This document shows positions 1 to 7,276 of a DNA stretch of 64,000 nucleotides, in pieces. The notes below the pieces were generated by a model. It made no database searches. It saw only the letters and a list, made by a program, of their open reading frames with translations, and was not told where the DNA came from. Every line of letters starts with the position of its first letter. The stretch's first letter is position 1. The stretch is from an uncultured Fibrobacterota bacterium. Its GTDB lineage: Bacteria > Fibrobacterota > CAYVZU01. Both the position numbers and the translations under genes were made by a program. Location: assembly GCA_964455935.1 (NCBI GenBank), contig CAYVZU010000006.1, positions 1,505 to 65,504 of the forward strand, given 5' to 3'.

Positions 1-989
1 CACGATTCGCTCCTGGCCTCAAGGGCTTTCGCAAACACCGCGACCGGCGGTTCCGTAAAGAGCGTGCTGATGGAATCCCGGAAATGGACTCTTCGAACAG
101 CTTCGGCAAACAGGGGCGCCACCGAGACCAGAGTCAGCATTCCGTGACGAAAACCGGGCGCAATCACCGAGTCGGTTCCAATGAGCCTTTCGATCCCGCT
201 TTCCTTAATGAGCTGCATATGCTCTAATGAAATTAAAAGGTGCGTGGCGCAGGCGACGATGCGCCTGGCCCCGCGCAAACGGAGCGCGCGGGCGGCGTCG
301 GCAAGGGTTCGGCCGGTTAGCACAAGATCGTCCACAATCAGCGCATTTCGTCCCGCAACAGGGCCGATGACGTCCAACACCTCCGCCTTCTCATCATGGG
401 TCCGGCGAATTTTATCGCATATTGCGATGTCTGTTCCCAGGCACGACGCATACTGGCGCGCCCGTTTCGCGAAACCAGCGTCGGGCGAGACCACGATCCA
501 GTCGGCCATTCCAAGCCGGCGGGCGCATTCGCACAAAAGCGGAATTGCCGAAAGGTGGTCAACCGGTTTTTTAAAGAATCCCTGTATCTGCGGACTGTGC
601 AGATCCATGGTAATCATTCGGTCGGCCCCGGCCAACTCGATACATTCGGCGCAGACCCGCGCGCGAATCGAAACGCGGGGCTCGTCCTTTTTATCTCCCT
701 TTGCGTAGCCAAAATAAGGAACAATGGCGGTTACGGACCCGGCGCTGGCCCGCTTAAAAGCATCCATCCAAAATAGAATCTCGGTGAACTCCCGGTTTGG
801 GTCAAGGCCAATGGGTTGAACCACAAAGACATCTTCGTTGCGCACATTTTCGGCAATGCGAACGAAAAGGTTCCCTTCGGAGAACACAAGTGTTTCGGAT
901 TCGCCCAGGCCCACTTTGAGGTATTGACACATGGCCTCCGCAAAGGTACGGCCTGAACTTCCAGCGAAAATTCGGATTTCGGTATCCAA
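1..989 (-). CDS. prs: Ribose-phosphate pyrophosphokinase (3' end lies beyond the window edge)
   Basis: Not in the ORF track because it has no stop inside the window. Reverse translation from TTG at 989 (GGGAGG 4 nt upstream) gives LDTEIRIFAGSSGRTFAEAMCQYL..VVQPIG..DLHSPQIQGFF..VVSPDAGFAKRA..LIVDDLVLTGRTL, the typical Prs layout and PRPP-binding loop. Confidence 0.85.
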   Translation of the reverse strand, partial: MDTEIRIFAGSSGRTFAEAMCQYLKVGLGESETLVFSEGNLFVRIAENVRNEDVFVVQPIGLDPNREFTEILFWMDAFKRASAGSVTAIVPYFGYAKGDKKDEPRVSIRARVCAECIELAGADRMITMDLHSPQIQGFFKKPVDHLSAIPLLCECARRLGMADWIVVSPDAGFAKRARQYASCLGTDIAICDKIRRTHDEKAEVLDVIGPVAGRNALIVDDLVLTGRTLADAARALRLRGARRIVACATHLLISLEHMQLIKESGIERLIGTDSVIAPGFRHGMLTLVSVAPLFAEAVRRVHFRDSISTLFTEPPVAVFAKALEARSES

Positions 990-1021
990 TGCGCCTCCCG
1001 GAATTCGGTAAGGACTGGTTA

Positions 1022-1037
1022 CGCAATTGAAATGCCA
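1022..1037 (-). promoter_or_regulatory. Putative -24/-12 (sigma-54-type) promoter upstream of prs
   Basis: The minus strand reads TGGCATTTCAATTGCG (GG-N10-GC). The -12 GC lies 34 nt upstream of the TTG start, with the SD in between. Confidence 0.4.
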
Positions 1038-1093
1038 TTCCCGCCGCGAGGGTTGACCCGGTCGAAATCCGGCCCCCCGAATGCGAATCCCGC

Positions 1094-1109
1094 TGGCACA
1101 GGTTTTGAG
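1094..1109 (+). promoter_or_regulatory. Weak -24/-12-like motif upstream of sodC
   Basis: TGGCACAGGTTTTGAG has a perfect -24 TGGCAC, but the -12 reads TTGA instead of TTGC. It sits about 35 nt upstream of ATG 1143. Confidence 0.2.
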
Positions 1110-1142
1110 TGAGAATACGTGGAACCAAAAAAAGGAGGCGAC

Positions 1143-1706
1143 ATGCCTAGGGTCAGAACAGTGGCGATAGCGGCAATTTGTGTGGGAGTGCTGGCTGCAT
1201 CGTGCGGAATCACACGGCGCCTTTACGGCGGAGACGGCCAGCGCGAGATGGTCAGAGCTGTTGCGGAAATTCGCGGCTATAGCCCAAACAATGTACACGG
1301 AACCATCGAATTCACACCCAACGGAACCAAAGGCCTTCGGATTCAAGGGAATATAAAGGGACTGCTGCCCGACCATTCATATGGTATTCACCTTCATGAA
1401 AACGGCAATTGCTCCAGTCCCGACGCCGTGGGCCCCCATTTCGATCCGGGCCTAAGCAATCAGCATGGCCGGCCCGGTCAATCTCCAGGAGCAAGCCACG
1501 CCGGTGATTTGCCCAATCTTGAAACGGGAAATGATGGAAGCGCCAAGCTTGATTACACGACCAACGCTCTTGGCGTGGAAGGCTCCGATTTCTCGGTGAT
1601 TGGCCGCAGCATCGTGGTTCATGCTTTCCCCGACGATTATACGACTCAGCCTAGTGGCAATGCGGGCGAGCCCATCGCCTGCGGCGTAATTGTGAGGGTC
1701 AGGTAA
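1143..1706 (+). CDS. sodC: Cu/Zn superoxide dismutase, lipoprotein-type signal (LAASC)
   Basis: Motifs HLHENGNC, GPHFDPG, HAGDLPNL, VVHAFPDD and GEPIACGVI. I chose ATG 1143, which has an AAAGGAGG SD, over the track's GTG 1119. Confidence 0.9.
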   Translation: MPRVRTVAIAAICVGVLAASCGITRRLYGGDGQREMVRAVAEIRGYSPNNVHGTIEFTPNGTKGLRIQGNIKGLLPDHSYGIHLHENGNCSSPDAVGPHFDPGLSNQHGRPGQSPGASHAGDLPNLETGNDGSAKLDYTTNALGVEGSDFSVIGRSIVVHAFPDDYTTQPSGNAGEPIACGVIVRVR

Positions 1707-1739
1707 AACAAAGGCCCAACGGAACCGACGGACCGGATC

Positions 1740-2300
1740 ATGCGGGCGCCGTTACGCAGCGGAATCAGCTTTGGGCTGACCTCGGGTGTAATCACAACTC
1801 TTGGCTTGATGGTTGGATTGCAGTCCGGGACGCAATCGAGGCTGGCGGTGGTTGGCGGAGTACTGACCATCGCCATTGCCGATGCGCTGTCGGATGCGCT
1901 GGGAATGCACGTTGCCAGGGAATCGGAGCAGGGCGCCAGCCCCAGCTCACTTTGGCTTGCCGCACTGTCCACCTTTATCTCCAAATTCATTCTGGCTCTC
2001 AGTTTTGTCATTCCAGTTCTTCTGCTCCCGCTTTCAAAAGCCATGTGGGCCAGCCTGGCTTGGGGCCTTCTCATTCTCATTCTTCTCAGCTATTTTGTCG
2101 CAAGATCACAAAAATCCAGCCCCGCCAAGACAATAGGCGAACACGTTCTAATCGCTTTGATTGTTGTTGTGATTACTCATTACACCGGAATTTGGATCGC
2201 ACGAACTTTCAACGAATCAACAAAACAGCCTGGCATGGGTTTTGTTTCTCACCACTCTCGAATCTCCCCGGCAACGGCTATCCCGGAAATCCGGAGATAA
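1740..2300 (+). CDS. VIT1/CCC1-family (Fe/Mn) transporter, short bacterial form
   Basis: Polytopic membrane protein. GLTSGVITTLGLMVGL and IAIADALSDALG resemble the VIT-family membrane domain. It starts 33 nt after sodC. Confidence 0.65.
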   Translation: MRAPLRSGISFGLTSGVITTLGLMVGLQSGTQSRLAVVGGVLTIAIADALSDALGMHVARESEQGASPSSLWLAALSTFISKFILALSFVIPVLLLPLSKAMWASLAWGLLILILLSYFVARSQKSSPAKTIGEHVLIALIVVVITHYTGIWIARTFNESTKQPGMGFVSHHSRISPATAIPEIRR

Positions 2301-2342
2301 GGAACCCACTGGAGACGGAGAGATAACCAGGAGGAAAACGCC

Positions 2343-2561
2343 ATGTATACACTCAAGTTTGTTTTTGTGACCGCCTGCGCCTGCTCTCTTCTAATGGTGG
2401 GCTGCGCCCGCCAAAAGTCTGCGCCCAAGAATGGACAGACGCCCGGCGATACAAGCATGCAGCAGGACACCACTATGAAGCAAGACACAATGATGCATGA
2501 TACAATGGGCCAAGGCTCGTCCAACACAACGCATTCAATGCCCAAGTCGAGGAAGAAATGA
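2343..2561 (+). CDS. Small Met/His-rich lipoprotein with DTxM repeats
   Basis: Strong SD (AGGAGGAAAACGCC-ATG) and lipobox LLMVGC. The mature part contains DTSMQQ-DTTMKQ-DTMMH-DTMGQ. Confidence 0.55.
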   Translation: MYTLKFVFVTACACSLLMVGCARQKSAPKNGQTPGDTSMQQDTTMKQDTMMHDTMGQGSSNTTHSMPKSRKK

Positions 2562-2809
2562 GGATCCGACTCTGGCCGGGCTCTCCGCTGCTGATGGGTC
2601 TGGGCCTGCTTGTCTTGATCCTTCTTCCAGTAACAATCTGGGGTGCCCGAAACGGCCGTAATGGGAGCCGCACAAGCCAACTCAAGCGGCGCTCTGAAAC
2701 CGAATTGCAGCAAGATAAACTCAAACAGATGGACCGTGCGCTGCGCGAAACCTCCGAGCGTCTGGCCCGTCTCTCGGCGGACCTTCGCAGAGAAATGGGG
2801 ACCTGCTAA
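2558..2809 (+). CDS. Membrane-anchored coiled-coil protein (hypothetical)
   Basis: ATGA start/stop overlap with the previous ORF. One N-terminal TM helix (LLMGLGLLVLILLPV) is followed by a charged helical tail. Confidence 0.45.
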   Translation: MRIRLWPGSPLLMGLGLLVLILLPVTIWGARNGRNGSRTSQLKRRSETELQQDKLKQMDRALRETSERLARLSADLRREMGTC

Positions 2810-2994
2810 GGCAGAAGATTGCCGCTATTCGCCCAAAGCAGCCGCGGTATCGAAAGTCTTTGCGCACAGCAATCATTCTTCTTGCGCAGATGCTTCCTTG
2901 CCGGTATTCGATCCGGCATGTCCGAGTTTTTTCAAACCGTATAACTCCGTTTCCGGCTTCACCGGCTTGGAATAATCGGTCCACAATCTGCTTG

Positions 2995-4434
2995 TCACGC
3001 CGCTTTCCGCACGGACGAGCTCGAAGATTCCTGCCGCGAAAGAGAAGACCGTTCAAACTGCTCCAGATAGCGCAGATACAGCCGATTTTTCCGGAGCCAG
3101 GACCGCAGAATATGGCGGCCCGCAATTCGGACCGCAATCAAATGAAGCGACGGGCCGTACCGGTGAACGGCAAAGATTCTTAGCAACCAGCGGACCACAA
3201 GCCGCAGCAACTCCAGCGCGGCCCGGCGATACGAATAGAAGTCGCCAAAGCACCGGATCATGAACTTCTGCAGTTCGCTGGCCGAAAGCTGTTTGGGAGT
3301 AAAGACAGCATGCATGGCATCGTAATATTTCCAATCGCGATGCAGAAGACGCCTCTCCCCTTCAAGTCGTCTATACAGGGACGTCCCGGGTAGCGGAGTG
3401 AGAATGGTGTATTGAACAAAATCGACGCGGCTTTTCCGGCAAAACTCCATGGTCTGGCGCATGACGTCCGCGGAATCCGTGTCGTGTCCCAGTATGAACA
3501 TGCCCAAAACGGCAATGCCGTACTGATGGAAAACCCGAACCGTTCGCTCTAAATCTTCCGGAGACTGGCCCTTTCGCATTAACCGAAGGCTTTCTCCACT
3601 GACCGATTCGAAGCCCACATAAACCGTACGACAGCCGGCCTGTTTCATGCGATGCACCAGGCGCGGCTTTTTTGTGATTTCGGTGCGCACCTGCGCGCTC
3701 CAGGGAAGGCCGAATCGGCCTTGGATCATCCGCTCCATCAACTCCTCGGCCCGAGCCTGATCGGCGGTGAAATTATCATCGGCAAAGAAAACCCAACCGC
3801 GACGGAAATGCTCCAATTGCCTTATGATCCGGGCCGGCGATTGGGCGCGAAATCCGCGGCCAAACATTTCGGTCACCGAGCAGAAATTGCAGTGGTGAGG
3901 GCATCCCCGCGAAGTCATAACAGGCCAAACTCTCATTCGGTCCCATCCCGCAATGGAACGAAAATCAAGAAGCGGGAGCCGATCCAGATCCTCGAGGCGG
4001 TCGCCTCGGACAACCGGATCGCGCAGCCGCCCTTCTATGATATCCATGAAGATATCTTCGGCCTCTCCGACAACGACCTGGTCGAAATCGCCGCGAACAT
4101 CGTCGGGAAGCATGCTTGCGTGAATTCCCCCGATAAGAGTGCGACCGTTGAGTCGTTGTTGCGCCCTGGTTTCGCGGTAAAGGCGGGCGATTTCGCGGCC
4201 CCTCGTGACCGTAGCCGTGATGCAACTCAAACAAAGCACGTCGGCCCAGGCAAGTTCGGCCGGGCGCACAGGACGCTTGAGAATATTTTCGCTCAGAATC
4301 CTTGCGTCATGGCCCTTCTGACACGCTATCTCCGAAAGGTAGACCGGTCCTAGAAGCGGAATGGTCATGAAATTTGCGAAGACATTGGATGGAGCCCCCG
4401 TGGGTTCGACGAATAGAATTTTCTCTTTTTGCAT
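2995..4434 (-). CDS. B12-binding-domain radical SAM protein
   Basis: N-terminal cobalamin-binding-like Rossmann region (KILFVEP..VLCLSC) followed by RGCPHHCNFCSV (CxxxCxxC). Confidence 0.85.
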   Translation of the reverse strand: MQKEKILFVEPTGAPSNVFANFMTIPLLGPVYLSEIACQKGHDARILSENILKRPVRPAELAWADVLCLSCITATVTRGREIARLYRETRAQQRLNGRTLIGGIHASMLPDDVRGDFDQVVVGEAEDIFMDIIEGRLRDPVVRGDRLEDLDRLPLLDFRSIAGWDRMRVWPVMTSRGCPHHCNFCSVTEMFGRGFRAQSPARIIRQLEHFRRGWVFFADDNFTADQARAEELMERMIQGRFGLPWSAQVRTEITKKPRLVHRMKQAGCRTVYVGFESVSGESLRLMRKGQSPEDLERTVRVFHQYGIAVLGMFILGHDTDSADVMRQTMEFCRKSRVDFVQYTILTPLPGTSLYRRLEGERRLLHRDWKYYDAMHAVFTPKQLSASELQKFMIRCFGDFYSYRRAALELLRLVVRWLLRIFAVHRYGPSLHLIAVRIAGRHILRSWLRKNRLYLRYLEQFERSSLSRQESSSSSVRKAA

Positions 4435-4458
4435 AGTTCAGCCCGAAACGCAAGATCC

Positions 4459-4474
4459 CGCAAATCGAATGCCA
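4459..4474 (-). promoter_or_regulatory. Putative -24/-12 (sigma-54-type) promoter upstream of the radical SAM gene
   Basis: The minus strand reads TGGCATTCGATTTGCG (GG-N10-GC). The -12 GC lies 26 nt upstream of ATG 4434. Confidence 0.45.
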
Positions 4475-4587
4475 TTGCGGGGTGTTTTAAACCCGCCGGG
4501 AAATCCCGCCCCAATTGCGGCATCCCGCTTCAAACACTGCTGAAAACCGTCCGCCTTTCCTTTTCCAATCTCGATTTCGGAGAAACC

Positions 4588-5550
4588 ATGGAAATGAATC
4601 GCCGTACATGGGAAGTAAAGCAAGAGGCCCGATTTGCGCACAGCCAGTTGCTGGACCCGGCGCTTTCGGGGTTTCTTGGCGCCAATGTCCCAAAACGCGC
4701 CAAGGACCGAAAGCGCCTGGAACTGCTTCGGACCGGTTTGAAGGACCGTATCTATATCGAAGCCGTGTACGCCCTTACGCACGTACTGATCTCCGAACCC
4801 GTTCAGGCGGAATCCATGTTCCGCAACCTGCTGGCTCATCGTGAGCATCTGGCGCAGCACCTGGGACGTGATGTGGGCATCCAGGTGGCGGCACTTGACT
4901 ATATGCAGAATCTTCGCGGAATGCTCAAGAACCCAACAGTCATCGAGTTCGAGAAATGCCGGGCGTTCGCCGCACAGGCAATCCTGGATTCCACAACCCT
5001 TTCCTTTGACAAGGAATTATTCGAATCGGACTTGAAAGCCGAATGCGAGCGGTCGGACCGCTTTGGCGAATGCCTGTGTGTTCTGTTCCTGGACATCGAC
5101 CACCTCAAAGCCATTAACGACCGATACGGGCACACCACCGGAACCAGGGCGATTGTTCAAGTGGCCCAGTGCATTAAGACCGTTCTGCGAAAGTACGATT
5201 CCGTGTACCGGTACGGAGGCGACGAATTTCTGGTCCTGCTTCCACAGGCGGATTGTCACCATGCCCAATCCATTGCCCGGCGGATCCAGAGGGCCATCCG
5301 GCGCAAACGCCTTTCCGAATTTCCCGCGCTTCCAGGCATCTCGATCGGCATCGCCCAATATGGGAAAGAGGGCCTTCGGGAGATCCATCGGGTGGTCGAA
5401 GCCGCGGACCGGGCCTTATACCGGGCCAAACAAGATGGACGGGACACGATTCGAATCCACGGATCGGAGCGCGAGCGATCCTTGAATTCGCGCGCTTCAC
5501 CGCCTCTTCGTCCATTGCGACCGCGCACCCCCCCTGCTTTCTCATGTTGA
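4588..5550 (+). CDS. Diguanylate cyclase (GGDEF) with N-terminal domain of unknown function
   Basis: RYGGDEFLVLLP active site, an RKYD (RxxD) I-site five residues upstream, and ADRALYRAK. I prefer ATG 4588 to the track's 4429, which would overlap the divergent gene. Confidence 0.85.
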   Translation: MEMNRRTWEVKQEARFAHSQLLDPALSGFLGANVPKRAKDRKRLELLRTGLKDRIYIEAVYALTHVLISEPVQAESMFRNLLAHREHLAQHLGRDVGIQVAALDYMQNLRGMLKNPTVIEFEKCRAFAAQAILDSTTLSFDKELFESDLKAECERSDRFGECLCVLFLDIDHLKAINDRYGHTTGTRAIVQVAQCIKTVLRKYDSVYRYGGDEFLVLLPQADCHHAQSIARRIQRAIRRKRLSEFPALPGISIGIAQYGKEGLREIHRVVEAADRALYRAKQDGRDTIRIHGSERERSLNSRASPPLRPLRPRTPPAFSC

Positions 5551-5563
5551 ATCGACCCGCGCG

Positions 5564-5579
5564 CGGCATGTTTTTCGCG
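5564..5579 (+). promoter_or_regulatory. Putative -24/-12 (sigma-54-type) promoter upstream of slyD
   Basis: CGGCATGTTTTTCGCG (GG-N10-GC). It is nearly identical to the motif upstream of the HPF-CSD gene and lies about 110 nt upstream of ATG 5691. Confidence 0.4.
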
Positions 5580-5690
5580 CTCCAATCAGATGCGCGCGGA
5601 ATCGATCCAGCACCCCCATATTCTACCCTTCCATAAAGCGGAACGAATCCCTCTCGTTCGGCGGAGGCGCCCCCCCGCAAAGGAGGTCCC

Positions 5691-6119
5691 ATGTCTCAAG
5701 CCAAGTACGGCGACAAAGTCAAGGTCCACTACACCGGCACATTGGATGATGGAACCGTATTCGACACCTCGGTCGGCGGAGATCCCGTCGAGTTCACCAT
5801 TGGCGAAGGAACGGTGATTCCGGGTTTCGAGGAAGCCGTTTTGGGAATGGCCCCCGGTGATTCGAAAATTGCCGCGGTGCCCGCCACACAGGCATACGGA
5901 CCGTACAAGGACGAGATGATTGTCGACATCGACCGAAATCTTCTGCCGGCCGACCTGGAACCTGAGGTTGGTCAGCATCTGCAAATCCTGCAGGAAGGCA
6001 GCCAATCGGCGGTTGTTACGGTTGTCGATTTCTCCGATTCCATGGTCACCATCGACGCCAATCATCCGTTGGCTGGACACGACCTGACCTTCGAAATCAA
6101 GCTCATCGAGATTGGATAA
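5691..6119 (+). CDS. slyD: FKBP-type peptidyl-prolyl cis-trans isomerase (SlyD-like, no His-rich tail)
   Basis: VKVHYTGTLDDGTVFDTS, FTIGEGTVIPGFEEAVLGM and NHPLAGHDLTFEIKLIEI, with an IF-domain insert. SD is AAAGGAGG. Confidence 0.9.
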   Translation: MSQAKYGDKVKVHYTGTLDDGTVFDTSVGGDPVEFTIGEGTVIPGFEEAVLGMAPGDSKIAAVPATQAYGPYKDEMIVDIDRNLLPADLEPEVGQHLQILQEGSQSAVVTVVDFSDSMVTIDANHPLAGHDLTFEIKLIEIG

Positions 6120-6413
6120 GCTCTGCCAAGAGGCCGGTAAACCGTCATCCGGTGTCTGCTTTGCGGCCCCGCAGACTGCCCGCAACGACAGCCCCGGGGC
6201 AGCCTGGCAGCAGTATCGAGCACCGATTGAAGCGCTTCGGCTCGGTGCATCCGCCGAGAAGGATTTTCGCAAAAACGTGAATCCGTCTGCCTACGCAGAC
6301 TTTCCCCCCTTCGCGATTCGAGACCGTTGATTTGAGCACATCATTTGCTTCCCTCCTCGAAGCGATATGGACCTCAAGAGGACTGATTTCTTCTTGGCCC
6401 AAGGAGGTGAGGA

Positions 6414-6605
6414 ATGGACGAGAAGAGACGAAATGGGCGCTGGATTGCCTGGCTCATAATTCTTTTGGCAATTGCAATTCTTTCAGTCGCCCTGTTTCAA
6501 GGACCCCGCATCCCGGTTTCGGGAAACGGTCCGGAATCCGACACGCTGCAGCAGCCCCGTCGGGGTGAACCGATGCAGCGCCAACCCCAAGGAGAGAAGA
6601 AATGA
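6414..6605 (+). CDS. Small single-pass membrane protein (hypothetical)
   Basis: AAGGAGGTGAGGA-ATG SD and TM helix WIAWLIILLAIAILSVALF. ATGA overlap with the next ORF. Confidence 0.45.
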   Translation: MDEKRRNGRWIAWLIILLAIAILSVALFQGPRIPVSGNGPESDTLQQPRRGEPMQRQPQGEKK

Positions 6606-7048
6606 AAAGATTTGCCTGGATCCTCCCTGTTATGCTTATGGCCCTTTTGGCCACCTCCGCGCTGGCCCAAAAATCGAAGCGCAACAGCCGGCCGGCAACT
6701 GATACCGCTGCCACGCGCTCTCAACCCGTAGATACGGCCAATGGCGCGCTTCGCGCCGACACCATGAACACCATGAATGGCATGGACGGCATGGCCGATT
6801 CCGCCCGCATGGGCATGCACTGCGCCATGATGGGGCCCATGATGTCGAAGCAAATCTTGCTGGGCCGCGATGGAGGCGTTTTCGTTTTGATGGGCAACCA
6901 TCTAATGAAATACGACGACCGATTGACTCTGGTCAAAGATGTAAAGCTCAATATTGACATGAATGAGATGTGCCGCACCATGCAGGAATTCATGTCCAGT
7001 TGTCCCATGATGCAAAAGAAAATGCAAGGGCCGGGAGGCACCCGATAG
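6602..7048 (+). CDS. Secreted Met-rich protein (hypothetical, possible metal binding)
   Basis: Signal peptide MKRFAWILPVMLMALLATSALA. Met-dense stretches DTMNTMNGMDGMADSARMGMHCAMMGPMM and NEMCRTMQEFMSSCPMMQKKMQ. Confidence 0.55.
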   Translation: MKRFAWILPVMLMALLATSALAQKSKRNSRPATDTAATRSQPVDTANGALRADTMNTMNGMDGMADSARMGMHCAMMGPMMSKQILLGRDGGVFVLMGNHLMKYDDRLTLVKDVKLNIDMNEMCRTMQEFMSSCPMMQKKMQGPGGTR

Positions 7049-7231
7049 GGGGTTATCCCGCATGTCTCTTGCATATTTCCAAGCCGCTCCCCCTGAGCTT
7101 GTCAAAGGGTGGGCGGCCAAACCAACTCGTTTTGAGCAATTCGCTTCAGGGTTCGACAAGCTCAACATGAGCGGATTTCTGCCAGGAATTTCCGGGACCC
7201 AACCATAGGCGGGGCCACGGAAAATGGTACC

Positions 7232-7266
7232 CGCGTAGAGACGCCGCGCCATGGCGGCTCTACGCG
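7232..7266. terminator. GC-rich stem-loop between convergent genes (possible terminator for ptsI)
   Basis: CGCGTAGAG..CTCTACGCG (9 bp) encloses CGCC..GGCG. On the minus strand it is followed by GGTACCATTTTCC. Confidence 0.4.
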
Positions 7267-7276
7267 CGCCGGTCGC

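Noticed and set aside
4429-4587. 53-codon N-terminal extension of the GGDEF ORF overlapping the divergent radical SAM start
   Set aside because: It would overlap the neighbouring gene's start and promoter-like site. ATG 4588 gives a sensible N-terminus.
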